The notes under the pieces: model-generated
Seen by the model: the letters and a program-made list of their open reading frames with translations, nothing else
Database searches by the model: none
Told to the model about the DNA's origin: nothing
NCBI GenBank assembly: GCA_010909165.1
Contig: VJWM01000107.1
Location: 62,001-126,000, forward strand
Reading direction: 5' to 3'
DNA: 64,000 bases
Source of the DNA: Anthoceros angustus
Lineage: Eukaryota; Plantae; Anthocerotophyta
Made by a program: the position numbers and the translations under genes
Part shown: in pieces, positions 49,770 through 64,000 of the stretch
Position numbering within the stretch: the first letter of the stretch is position 1
Layout of the letters: each line of letters opens with the position of its first letter

Positions 49770-52700
49770 ATGCAGATGGTCTTTCATGCCCCTGCATCCA
49801 CCTGTAGCGTGAGCGTTCCAGACCATGGTCCCCGTCCCTGGCGTGCAGGATTCCAAAGAAGCATGACTGCTGAAACCGTGAGCGAACTATGCAAGCAGGG
49901 GCAGCTCACTGAGGCCATTGAGGCTCTTGGTGTTCTGGTGCTCACAGACTCTCATGTTTCGAAATTTGTGTTTTACACGGTCCTGAGGCAATGTGTGGGT
50001 AAGAAGGACCTACCTTTGGGTCGTCGTGTGCATGCTCTCGCGTTGATGCAGGGGTATGAATCGGACACGTTCTTGTGCAATCACATTCTGCGGATGTATG
50101 CTTCTCAATCCAGGTTGCAAGAAGCGTTGGATGTGTTCAACATGGTTGCCAAACCAGATGCCTTCATGTGGTCCTCTATAATAGCTGCACATGTAAAACA
50201 TGGACGAGATAGGCAGGCCGTACAACTGTATCATAGGATGCGCACGTCCAGTGTGAAGCCAGATGGGCATGTGTTTGTAGCAGCGCTCCAGGCTTGTGCG
50301 AGGGCAGCAGACCTGAAATCTGGGGAGCAGGTGCATGGTGATGTGTTGGCTAGTGGTGTTGAGCCTGATTTGTTTGTCTGTAGTTGCTTGGTGGACATGT
50401 ATACAAAGTGTGGAAGCTTGGAGGACGCCCAGAAAGTGTTTGACGGGCTTCCTCGAAAGGACGTAGTGACCTGGAATGCCATGATAGCAGGATATTCCCA
50501 GCGGGGGATGGGGCAGGAAGCCATTGGTCTCTACAATGCTATGGAAAAAGAAAACACGACTGCACCCGATTCTGTGACATTTGTGTGCCTCCTGCAGGCC
50601 TGTGCGAGTGTGGGCACCCTGGCTTTGCAGAGGGGGAAGCAGCTTCACGCGCAGATCAGAGAACGAGGACTTCAGGCTGATGTGGTTGTCGGGGGGAGCC
50701 TGGTGAACATGTATGCAAAGTGTGGCAGCCTAGAGGATGCGCTGGATGTGTTCAACGGGCTTGGTGCGAAAAATGTGGTGACGTGGAATGTCCTGATAGC
50801 AGCATATTCCCAGCAGGGCATGGGGCTGGAGGCCCTTGGTCTTTACAGAGCTATGCAAGATGAAGGCATTGTGTCACCTGATTCTGTGACATTCGTGTCC
50901 CTTCTTCAAGCTTGTGCTAGCGGAGGCAGCTGGGCTTTGGAATCCGGGCAGCAGCTCCATGCGCAAATTAGTGAACAAGGACTTCAAGCTGATTTGTTTG
51001 TCGCGAGCAGTTTGGTAGATATGTATGCAAAGTGTGGTAGCGTGGAGGAGGCTCGGGTTGTGTTTGACAAACTTAGTCAAAAGGACGCTGTGACGTGGAG
51101 TGCCATGATTGCAGGATATTCCCAGCAGGGCATGGGGCAGGAAGCCCTTGGTCTCTATGCGGCTATGCAAGAAGAAAGCACTGTTGCACCCAGTTCTGTA
51201 ACATTTGTGTGCGTCCTTCAGGCTTGTGCAAATGTGGGCAAGCTGGCTTTGGAGAAGGGGAAGCAAATTCATGCGCAAATAAGAGAACGAGGTCTCCAAG
51301 CTGATGTGTTTGTAACCAGCAGTTTGATAGACATGTATGCAAAGTGTGGCAGCATAGAAGATGCTCGCCTTGTCTTTGACGGGCTCAGTGTGAAAAATGT
51401 GGTCTCATGGAGTGCCATGATAGCTGGATATTCACAGCAAGGCATGGGGCAGGAAGCTCTTCGTCTTTATGGATCTATGCAAGACGAAGGCATGGCTGCA
51501 CCCAATCCTGTTACATTTGTCTGCCTCCTACAGGCGTGTGCTGTTGAGGGCATTCACGCTTTGGAGACAGGGAAGCTGCTTCATGCACAAGTTACAGAAC
51601 GAGGGCTTCAAGCTGATGTGTTCATAGCCAACAGCTTGGTAAACATGTATGCCAAATGCGGCAGCTTAAAGGATGCTCAGCACATGTTTGATGGACTCCC
51701 TCAGAAAGATGTGGTGACTTGGAATGCCATTATAGCAGCTTATTCCCAGAAGGGGATGGGGCTGGAAGCCCTTCACCTTCTCAGTGCTATGCACCAAGAG
51801 GGCATAACGGCTCCTGATTCTGTGACATTTGTTTCCCTCCTGCAAGCATGTGCAAGTGTGGGCGCTCTGGCTTTGGATGAAGGGAGGCAGCTTCATGCAG
51901 AAATCAGAGAAAGAGGACTTCAAACCGATGAGTTTGTATGCAGTAGTTTGGTGAACATGTATGCAAAGTGTGGCAGCCTAGAAGATGCTCGGGCGGTGTT
52001 TGATGGGCTTGGTAAAAAACCTGTGGTGGCCTGGAATGCCATGATAGCAGGATACTCCCAGCAGGGCATGGGGAAGGAAGCCCTTGGTCTTTACAGGGCC
52101 ATGCAAGATGAAGGCATGGTCGCACCTGATTCTGTGACATTTAAGTGCCTCCTTCAAGGGTGTGCAAGTGTAGCAGCTTTGCATCTGGGAAGGCAGCTGC
52201 ATGCACAGATTAAAGAGCAGTTGCGTCAAGTTGACGTGCTTGTAGCCGGCAGCTTGATTGACATGTATGGGAAGTGTGGAAGCATGGTGGATGCACAGCA
52301 GGTGTTTGAGGCCTTGTCCGAGAGGGGCATTTATGCCTGGAATTCGCTCATTGCAGGTTACACCCATCAAGGAGACAGTGAGAAAGTCTTTGATTTGGTT
52401 CTCAGAATGAGGGAGGACGACATACAGCCTGACGGCATGACTTTTCTCAGTATATTAACAGTATGTAGCCATACGGGTCTAGTGAATGAAGGGCGAGAGT
52501 ACTTTGAGGCTATGAGCAAACACCACGGCATCACTCCTACACTGGACCACTACACGTGCATGGTGGATCTCCTGAGTCGTGCGCGACAACTGGAAGAGGC
52601 TCTAGCTTTAGTAAGAACAATGCCTGTGCTGCCTGATGCTGCAGTTTGGCACACTGTACTAGGTGCTTCTCAAAAGTGGAACAACGTTGTTGTGGGACAC

Positions 52701-53081
52701 CATGCTTTCCGTGAAGCAATGAAGCTGGACAAGAACGATGCTGCAGCATATGTGCTGATGTCGAATATATATTCTGGTGCCCAGTTGTGGGAGCAGGCAC
52801 AGGAGATGCAGGCCAGGAGAAAGAGAATCAGAGCATGGAAGCAACCAGGCCAGACCTTGTGGACAGACATGGACGGACTGGTGCACAGTTTTTTGGTTCG
52901 GGATACGAAGCATCAAGGACGTGAGGCACTGCAGAAACAAAATGACAAAAGGATTTGTACCTTATCTGGACCCTCATTTGCATATTTATCTGATGGAAAG
53001 GAAGATCACTTCCCTGGCACGGTCTCGAAGACATGCAATCACGTTCAAAAGCATCTCCCTCTTCCGATAGGAACTTTCTAG
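49770..53081 (+). CDS. PLS-class PPR protein (PPR2), tandem paralog of PPR1, E1-E2-E+, no intact DYW; single exon. First ATG at 49770; the ORF-track start at 49713 is GTG
   Basis: Six 104-aa triplets, then VCSHTGLV..HYTCMVDLLSRA, YVLMSNIY and KQPGQTLWTD...HSFLVRD. Confidence 0.95.
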   Translation: MQMVFHAPASTCSVSVPDHGPRPWRAGFQRSMTAETVSELCKQGQLTEAIEALGVLVLTDSHVSKFVFYTVLRQCVGKKDLPLGRRVHALALMQGYESDTFLCNHILRMYASQSRLQEALDVFNMVAKPDAFMWSSIIAAHVKHGRDRQAVQLYHRMRTSSVKPDGHVFVAALQACARAADLKSGEQVHGDVLASGVEPDLFVCSCLVDMYTKCGSLEDAQKVFDGLPRKDVVTWNAMIAGYSQRGMGQEAIGLYNAMEKENTTAPDSVTFVCLLQACASVGTLALQRGKQLHAQIRERGLQADVVVGGSLVNMYAKCGSLEDALDVFNGLGAKNVVTWNVLIAAYSQQGMGLEALGLYRAMQDEGIVSPDSVTFVSLLQACASGGSWALESGQQLHAQISEQGLQADLFVASSLVDMYAKCGSVEEARVVFDKLSQKDAVTWSAMIAGYSQQGMGQEALGLYAAMQEESTVAPSSVTFVCVLQACANVGKLALEKGKQIHAQIRERGLQADVFVTSSLIDMYAKCGSIEDARLVFDGLSVKNVVSWSAMIAGYSQQGMGQEALRLYGSMQDEGMAAPNPVTFVCLLQACAVEGIHALETGKLLHAQVTERGLQADVFIANSLVNMYAKCGSLKDAQHMFDGLPQKDVVTWNAIIAAYSQKGMGLEALHLLSAMHQEGITAPDSVTFVSLLQACASVGALALDEGRQLHAEIRERGLQTDEFVCSSLVNMYAKCGSLEDARAVFDGLGKKPVVAWNAMIAGYSQQGMGKEALGLYRAMQDEGMVAPDSVTFKCLLQGCASVAALHLGRQLHAQIKEQLRQVDVLVAGSLIDMYGKCGSMVDAQQVFEALSERGIYAWNSLIAGYTHQGDSEKVFDLVLRMREDDIQPDGMTFLSILTVCSHTGLVNEGREYFEAMSKHHGITPTLDHYTCMVDLLSRARQLEEALALVRTMPVLPDAAVWHTVLGASQKWNNVVVGHHAFREAMKLDKNDAAAYVLMSNIYSGAQLWEQAQEMQARRKRIRAWKQPGQTLWTDMDGLVHSFLVRDTKHQGREALQKQNDKRICTLSGPSFAYLSDGKEDHFPGTVSKTCNHVQKHLPLPIGTF

Positions 53082-53472
53082 AGAAGTCAAAACCACTTGA
53101 AAAGAACTGCAAGCATTTGAAAAGGTTTGCTGCGTTACGGCAATACCGTTCCAGCCTCAAACCTGCCTTTGGTGCTTCTACTCGTTTGGGTCTCTCGAGG
53201 CTGGTAATGATAGGGTTTAGACAGAACAACTGGGTGATACGGATAACGACGATCGGACTGTTAACGGCAAAAGGGCTGGTCCTGCACGTTTCGTTATCGG
53301 CACGTACACATGGTTTACTCCATGGCAGGTGATTCTAAAATCCACGACTACATCATGTTGCGTTCGGTCTTGGAGGAGATCACACCAGACAGTGCTATTG
53401 ATGATTGATACAAGTAGGGCATCGCCTGCAATATTACTGCCTATTTTTTGTACAACCTCTATAGGAGAAAAA

Positions 53473-56400
53473 CTACAATCTGACCTCCATCAGGTCACCA
53501 TCTCGTAGCTTCATGTTCGGAAGGGCAATCTGTCCGTTCAAATACACCAGATACCCATCGAAGCCCATGCGCCGAGCAGCATCAGAGGCTGTGCTTCCAG
53601 CAGGCATGCGCATTATCTCACCGTCCGGCCACCTTATTACAAGCACCTCTGTCAGCACAGCTGAATCTGCATTCGTGGAGGTCAACACTGCAACAGACCC
53701 ATCTGTGGATGCCTCGTGTCGTAACTCCTGCTCCCACTGTAGCATAGACCTCAACAGTCTCACCTGTTACACAACAGCCGCGTCAGTGTACTGGAGACAA
53801 CTGCCACAACCCAACACAGTAAATATTACAGATGTTGACGCACCTTGTTATTGAGTCGTGCAGCTGTTGAAGTACCAGATCGAAGACGTCTGTTGTGACC
53901 ATGCTCTGAGAGTGTGGAGCTTAGGTCCACCTCTTTACCTTCCTCTACAGTTGACATCACTTCTACGTATTCCTCTTGCTCTTGGCTGTTCAGATCTAGA
54001 AGTTGAATAAATGTTGACAGTGACCTGTCAAACTGGTCTTGCTGTGTCCAACAAAACAGAAGACAGTTCAAACATCTCTTCGGGACATGCTGGGGCATAG
54101 GTACGAGAAAATACACATTTGCAGTAAAACGTGAAACCAAATCGTGATTGGTGCTAAACACAGCTATGTGCCTCCCCTTTCAAAATACCTTATGATAGAT
54201 GCCATCTCGGCAGAGTTTATATTTCTCTAGGCATGTGCTCCAATCCCCGTGCCCAGGGGCAAACCACCACTGATCAGACACCTGTTTCATCACTCGCAAA
54301 AGACACTTCAACCGACAGGAAGTGTACCTCCCTCTAGACCATACAAGGCGAAGGTTGCGAGTTTTTTAAATTGATGACATCAAGACTACCTTTTTGTACA
54401 ATCGAGCATAGGTCTCCCAACGTTTCCTCTGGTTACCAGATCGACCGGCAGCTACGGCTTCCCTAGCATGAAGAGCAAAACTTACAGCCACCAGAAGCTC
54501 CCTACCACCATCATCCACTCTGCAGATGCATGGAGGTTAGATTCATCTCACACTTCCAGGTCCAACTTCTCCATCAGTTCATATGAGACGTCAACAGAAA
54601 AAGGAAGTTGAAGTACCTGACTATAACAGCTGCAAGCAACCTCCCTTCTTCAACCCGCAAGGCAGGATGGCCAAGACGAACTTGTTTTAGAACAGACTTC
54701 TCATTATCTACAACGTTCTCAAAATTCCTGCTCTGGTAAGCAGTGGGACCTTCATCTAGGTCTGAGACTCCTTCCGTGCTGGCATTTTCCTGTGTCAAAT
54801 CTACATTTACTGGAGCAGTCTCAGGGACAACAGCACCAGCAGCATCACCTTCTTTGTACAGCCAGTGGGCAGCATGTCCATATTCCGCATACTCATGCAT
54901 TCCCTGTACAGAAGGAGCTGATCACTATAATAAACCAGGAACAAGATGAGAACTGCAGCTGTAAGGGAGATGAAAAGAGTTAAAGAGAAAGATACACACC
55001 TGTGTGCGTATCTGTACTTCCAAAGGGGCCCCATCCGGTCCCCTGACAGCTGTGTGCAGTGACTGAAGAGAAAAGGAAGAATCTTTCAGCTAGATAGGCA
55101 CGTTGACCCTCCACCCTAAAGCCACTCAAAAGGAAAAATGCCACCTACCTGATAGCCACTAGGCTTAGGATTCACAATATAGTCGTCGAATTCTCCACCA
55201 ACAGGGGTCCATAAGCTGCGAGAATAATGTGAGCCGAACGATAAATTTTGAGAAAGGACTTCTCAGCAAAATCCTGCATCTTAATCAAGCAGACAGTTTA
55301 CTCGCATACCTGTGAACAACGCTGAGGAGATTGTAACAACCCTCTACTGCAGCTACATTTAACTTTCCACCCGCATCTCCAACAACAACTCGGAGGGCAC
55401 GTGCATCATAAACTTGGTCCAAGCCCACCCCTTTCCGTCTCATCTATGGTCACAGGTAAGAACCAGAACCCCAGTGCCATTTGATCAGCAATGACCCGAT
55501 ATCTCAAGAGTACAAGACCACCTTTCTTGTTTACTACCCAGCAATTTAGTCCCAAGTTCACAGATGCTAAGCGCACCTTACAGTGTGTACTGTAGAGGCT
55601 CTTCAGACGTCCTGAAAGAGTTACTTCCATCCCAGGAATATATCTGATGATCAGTACCATGCTTAGATTGCAGTTAACAAAAAACACTTGGTGAGCCAGG
55701 CACACTGGCATGATAGATTTGACAAATTTACTCACGAGGTCGATATAAGAAGCTCCCGGTCTAATATTTCTTCACATGCTCCTAGGGCAGCAAGAGCAAC
55801 TTCAGCATCTCGAACCACCTTGGTCTTTTTGCCTCCATCCTTCGGCTTAGAACCCAGTCCACAGCTCCGCTTGCTGCGGTCCAGCAATATGTCAAATGGC
55901 ACAACTGCTTCCAAGAGCTCCTGCCAGTCCCAGACTAAAAAAATAAGATCCAAGCGTTGATAACCCTGATATATAGAAACAAGCTGTCTGAAGTGGATAA
56001 ACAAGGTGAAAATGCCCGAAAAGAAGCGCTCAAACTGGTTACCTGCCACCATGGCCAGCAACCAACCACATGTAGCCCAAGCAACTTGGACAACAGCACC
56101 TCATTGGATCAATTCTGATAACGTTACCTGCATTGTCAATTCTTCCTCGTCTTCAGGGTCACGTTTCTTTTCCAGCTCTTGCTCAATTAGATCTCCATAA
56201 AGCAGGGCCCTCCGTTTTGCCCTCTTCGTAATTCTCCTGAGATGTCGCCAATCTTTGTGGGGACTCCAGATTGAGGCAAGCTCTGCCCGCAATTGCCTGA
56301 ACGTTTGAGGCTACAAAATGGTTCCAGATCAAGACAGCATCAAGGATCAGACCACAACCAGAAAGTAGGTGCTAAAGCTCTGTCTAGAACCTTAGAATAT

Positions 56401-58826
56401 TTTCTGCTTACTTGAAGAACTGCAAAGCAAAGGTCTTCCAATTCCGCTTTGACAGCCCACACACCAAGCCGTGACGCTAAGGAGCACCAAACAGCCAGCG
56501 TCTCCTGAGCCACGGCGCATGCCTTAGAAGATGGCAGTGCATATCTGCAGGGCAGGAAACATAGCAACATATTTTATGTCTACCAGTATATCAAGAGCCT
56601 TCCTTGTGATGGAATGCAAAAAGTTAACAACAAACCAGACGTAAACATGATAGAACTGGTGTAAGCAGAGTCCTTCTTGAGAAATTGCCAGCCATCAGAT
56701 GTACATAAATTCTAGCCCATGCTCATAGAGTTGCCAAAACGTTACATGGTTCGCATATTGTGCAGTCGATCAGCAAGCTTAATAAGGACAACTCGAGGAT
56801 CGTTGACCATCCCAAGTAGCATTACTCGTAAACTATCAACCTGGGAGAGGCACACTATCAGAAATCAGAGGAGGACAGACAATCACTCTAAGACATTCCA
56901 CATCATGGAATGAATCATACATCTGCTGGACTTAAACCACAGTCATCCTCTGGAGATGGTTGAGGTGCATTTATTCTTCGATGTCGCCGCAGCAGCTGTG
57001 ACAGGGAGCACAAATCATATCAAGACTTGAACAAACAGGAGTGAGAGTCTCTCCTATGAAGGGGACCAGAATTGAAATGCCAAGAAAATATGTGGCACCT
57101 GATTGATGTAGCTCAGCTTCGAAACTCCTTGAACAAGCTTTGCCACATCCTCACCGAAATTGTTTCGGATATCTCTATAGTCACGACCAGTGTCATCAAT
57201 CACATCATGCAACACTCCAGCAATTACCGTGTCTACAGACTGCAAGCCCACGGTTCACCATGAGGTTTTATTCTTGCCAAAACCTTACTACTCAGACAAC
57301 AAGCTACAGCAGCTTCTCAGACACTTGCAAGAAAGATAGAAGACAAACTGACGAGAGCACACCTGCTTGCCGTTTGAAGGAACAAGGCCAGCAAGTATTC
57401 TTGCAGTGTGGATGCAGTGAGAGATGTATGGCTCCCCTGTTTTTCTCATCTGTCCAGCATGTGCTTCAGTTGCGTATGCTATAGCCCTCTGGACCTGAAG
57501 TGGTAAAATTTATGAGTGTTCATTTCAAGGGTTGCATCGTTCACTGGAATCCAAAAGCACAAGATGAATCTGTCAAAATCAAGTCTCCCAACCTCTGGAT
57601 CCTGGAAGATCTTGTAGCGAGTGACATCTACTCCGCCAAAAATGAGAGAAGCTGCACGGCAGATAGCAGTGAGGCATTTAGAATTGATTTTGGGCCACAT
57701 GCATGGGACAAATAGCGTACAAAACAAAACACAAACTTACAGCTGCTGTCCTGTTTGGTGCGTCCTCGAACAACAGTTTTGCTCGCATAAGGAGAGAAAT
57801 AAGCACCGTACACAAAAGCAGCTGCAGTAACTGCCACCTGTATTACGCAGAGTTTTCTTGATAAGCCTAAAGCCCATAAGGCTTCCACAACTCGAACAAA
57901 CCAAGTGGGGACCCCGGGACACAACCTGACCAGCCAAAAAGACGTGTAATCATTGGGGTGTAGCAAGCGTTCCAGCAGTGCTGTGCATCGACAAGGTTGA
58001 CCTTTAACACTGCAACATGTAGACTTCCATACATGACACCTGGACGTGGGTCTACGGGCAGCTTGTACTGCACTATGTATGGATATGGTGAAGAGGAGGG
58101 GGAGGAATGTTGAAGAGAAATGGCTTGGTCAAATACTTAAGATCTCGACAGATATGAAGAGGATACCTGTGTGACTGTGGCCAGAGCAAGAATGTGTCCA
58201 GAAGCGGCAGTCGTAGTTGAGGCAGTTGTTGTGCCTGCAGCTACAAGCTCTCCAACCATCGCCAGTGGCCAACCCGTCAGAATATGCAGGCTACAACCTA
58301 CACGTATTCCCGATGTCTTTGCCCCGTGCATTCTGTTTCTCGAAAATTCTTGCCCTCGAGGACCGAATTGTAGAGAGCGAGCACATTTACTTCCCAGGCA
58401 GGTTCTTCCAGCCTTCCCATACAGGTTACTTGACATCCATCGACTGGGTGACTCTGAGAAACCATAGGGAGACGCATGCTCGCTGTCCAACAAAATGGAG
58501 CAGGCCTTGAGTCCTGCACATCTGCCCCTGTTGCCCCCGGTAATTATCTTCGAAGTCTCCGACAGCACTTTCTGACTGTACCTCAATTTGTTACCAGCTC
58601 TCCCTTTCAGCAGGAGCTTGCCTGCACCATTCGTGGGGAAAATTGAAGACGGACGTGCCAAATGCGGAGGCCTCTCTTGAAGGAATGCACCTCCGCACAT
58701 AATACAAGCCCGTGCCACCTTCTGCTCCACTGCACCACGTCTGTGGGGCCGGCTTTGAGCACGGCCTGGAGGAGCAAACCCAGAACTCTGCTTAAGAGGC
58801 TGGATCATTGCTCCCCCAATGTCCAT
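53473..58826 (-). CDS. RSH: RelA/SpoT homolog ((p)ppGpp hydrolase/synthetase) with probable plastid transit peptide and TGS-like C-terminus; multi-exon, start approximate
   Basis: AHAGQMRKTGEPYISHC; AGVLHDVIDD; VVLIKLADRLHNMRT; LASRLGVWAVKAELEDL; GRLKSLYS; EFDDYIVNPKPSGYQ; EVQIRT; MHEYAEYGHAAHWLYKE; C-terminal VIRWPDGEIMRMPAGSTASDAA...NGQIALPNMKLRDGDLMEVRL*. Confidence 0.94.
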
Positions 58827-59478
58827 GCGCGTCAGCACACACAGCTCTGCTCCACGCCCTGCCTCCTAAGGTGGTGCAAGCTGTGCACAAAACCGGGCTT
58901 CCTCTTGGCAGGGAGCCCCATGTGAAAGCGTTCCTCAGTTCAAGATCCGGATCCGAAGCACCGCACGGAACCCATGAATCACTGCAACAATTCCACACGA
59001 CCCAAGACCTGTCATCTTCCACTCAAATACCCAACAAGCCAGCAAGCCGCAAGCCACATCCACCACACGGAGCGCCCCATCCCCCTGTCAGAGCTAGCCC
59101 CGGCCCAGCTTGCGCCCACATTCTAAGCTAGCCCCCCGCTGACGAACCATCTCACTCCACGCCATCAGGGCCCAGCTCAACCTGGATGCTCAATGCATGC
59201 AGACGAGGATTACGCTGCGCAGCGCAGCCATGCTGGAGCGCAGCGCATGAACCCCGTCTCACCAGGGTGAAGAAGTCTACTTCACGGTGGACTGTGGAGC
59301 GGCGGGCTGCGGGCTCTCACATTCACGGTGGGCGGGCCCGGCAGAGGCCCAGGGCAGGCAGGGGACCAAAGGCAGAGATATTTACAGACGGGTGGCTGTC
59401 CTGGCACGGCAGTCGGTTGTTCCCCAACTGCCATGAGTCGTGGGAGCGGGCAGCAGAGCAGTGAAGCCGTGGCAGACG

Positions 59479-60108
59479 ATGGAGCAGCCGCGTGGGCGAC
59501 CGATTCTGGCTGTTTTGGCTCTCCTGCTGTTGGCGGCGGGGGGGACCGAGGCGCTGGCCTTGGACACTCGCATCACGCACAAAAACTACTCTTTCGTGGC
59601 GCAAATCGCGGCCACGGCCGCTTTTGATCTTCCACGATACACTCTCTTCGCCCCAGATAATGCGGCCTTCGATGTGAGCCGCCGAGGCCCCTCCTGACGT
59701 TGTGGCAACAGTGGTGAGCTGAGCCAGCTAACTGTTTTGTTGCGCTTGCAAGGGCAGAGGCTGGGGTGTCTGTCGCTGTGGAACCAATCCAGCCTGGCGA
59801 TCAGGATCCTGGAGTACCACCTGCTGGACGAGCCCTACTCCGCTCGAGACTTCCTGGACATAATCGTGAGCAACAGTTCCTGGAACCCCGCCAGCTTATA
59901 CAAGACCAAGGCGCTGCAATTCGGCCTGAGGAAAAACACCATCATCATCAACGGAGGCGCCGCCAATGTGACGGACCCCGACCTTGTCAAGGGCTACTCC
60001 AAAGCAGTACACGGCATCAACTCTGTGCTCATGCCTCCCGGCCTTCACGTACACAAACAAACCCCGAATCCGTGCCACGCCTTCAGTACTCCACAGCAAG
60101 AACCATAA
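59479..60108 (+). CDS. Secreted fasciclin (FAS1) domain protein, FLA-like; exons 59479-59673 and 59758-60108 (~181 aa; a further 3' exon is possible)
   Basis: Signal peptide ILAVLALLLLAAGGTEA; FAS1 H1 TLFAPDNAAF; LEYHLL; H2 AVHGINSVLMP. The intron GTGAG...GGGCAG joins the exons in frame. Confidence 0.85.
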
Positions 60109-61057
60109 CCCGTTAACAGTAGCGTCATCATGTGTGCAGGCTCCATCGGACTGCGCCAACTTCGTCTTCCAGCTTTCAAGTGCGCGCTCGTCATGTAATT
60201 GAACGCCGCTTCTTCTTCTTGTTGCATGGCATTGCTGCTTCATTCATCGTCAATCAAGTTCTTGCTGCTTCACGTGAAACTGATGGAAGCTGTAATACAC
60301 AGACAAGCTAGGAAGAAGCAGCCTTGCCGACCTGGCCTTTGCATTCATCCTGTCTGCTACAGCTCTCGCCTCGTAAAGGCTGGTGCGTTGTAGGATCGAT
60401 GAACGTCTATCATTGCCTCATTCTCATCTGAGCACTGGATTGGCGTTCTGTGAGGAAGTTATCAGCAGCAGTGTTGCGTAATCGATTTCTGCATCAAGTG
60501 CGAGTGTGAAATGAATCCACAATGACAGCAATGTGCACACAACATTTGAGCGAGTTTCCGTCCTAGGTGCACGTCATTCTCGGGACCTTCGGATCCGGAC
60601 GAAGGAAACTCGTGGAAGGGCAGTGGGACGTCGAGTCAGGTGACCCAGTGAGGTTGGGACGGTTTGCAAGTGTGCATATCGTATATCGGGACAACTCGTG
60701 CATGCAGCATGTGCTGGAGGATAGCACTCTCTCAGCTTCTTTACTCAATACTTTTAAATGCTAACGAGTACTTCACGCCTGCCACCTACGTATGCCGAGC
60801 AAGTAAAAGAGGGCGCGCTGACGCCTATTTCGATAAGAAAAGCTTCCCACAAGCTGAGCAAGCTCCAACCTTTCAAGACACACTGACTGTAAGCAGCAGG
60901 GCAAAACAACTGTGTTCTTCGAGTGGGGCACATGCTGGCTTGGGCGACCACATGGTCCACGCCCGTGCAAGGAGACGGAGCTTAACATCGCCTCATTCAA
61001 GAGGCGGCGAATATGCCAGCCTAGCCACTGGGTTCGCAGTCGTTCAGGGCAACACGC

Positions 61058-63532
<2,475 letters not shown>

Positions 63533-64000
63533 GCTGCGCTCTCCTCTAGCCCCAGGGCATAGATACAAAACCTAGCCGACGCCTTGTGCAACAAAACCCG
63601 CGCAGGGCAAAGCAGAGCAGGGCGGAAGCACGCCCTCACATCCCCCTGCTTCCAGACATGCCCTGCAGCAGCAGCAGAAGTAGCAGCTATGCTATGCTGT
63701 GCTACGCTAAGCTATGCGTGCGAGGGAGTTCGAAGTGGCACGTCCGGGTTTAGGTCCGTCCTCGGTATGTACCCTCTTGCATTTCCACTTGCATAACATC
63801 ACAGTGACCGCAGTTATCTCGGCGTGGCACCGCCGCGCCTTGGCCTTGGCCCTTGGCTTCGCTTGCTACTGCCCCTGCCTCTGCCTGCGCCTACGCCCGT
63901 GCCGATGGATGCTCCTAATGGCGGGCACAAGAAAGCCAAGCACAAGCACTCTACAGTATCTGCGTGCATGCTGCTCTCACTAGTGTGAGAATGCGAAGAC

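Overview
Gene-dense nuclear DNA of a seed-free land plant. Short ~80-170 bp introns, a moss-like PIN loop and long PLS-class PPR genes with a PGxSWWTD box point to a bryophyte such as a hornwort; this is inference only. Left to right: 3' part of a CalS11/12-type callose synthase (+); a canonical long-loop PIN (+); a gag-like relic; an inverted, internally deleted copy of the PPR2-RSH locus from 49.5-54.1 kb; a full-length but frameshifted Ty3/gypsy chromovirus (-) with a 5-bp TSD and non-canonical AG...CT termini; a cluster of tandem repeats; an intronless SPL1/12/14-type SBP-box gene (-); PDS5 (-); remnants of CRE-like non-LTR retrotransposons; two tandem PLS-PPR genes (+); a RelA/SpoT homolog (-); a fasciclin-domain gene (+); and a GSK3/SHAGGY-like kinase (-). 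No rRNA, tRNA or CRISPR array is supported. Exon boundaries were read by eye, and no alignments or database searches were run.
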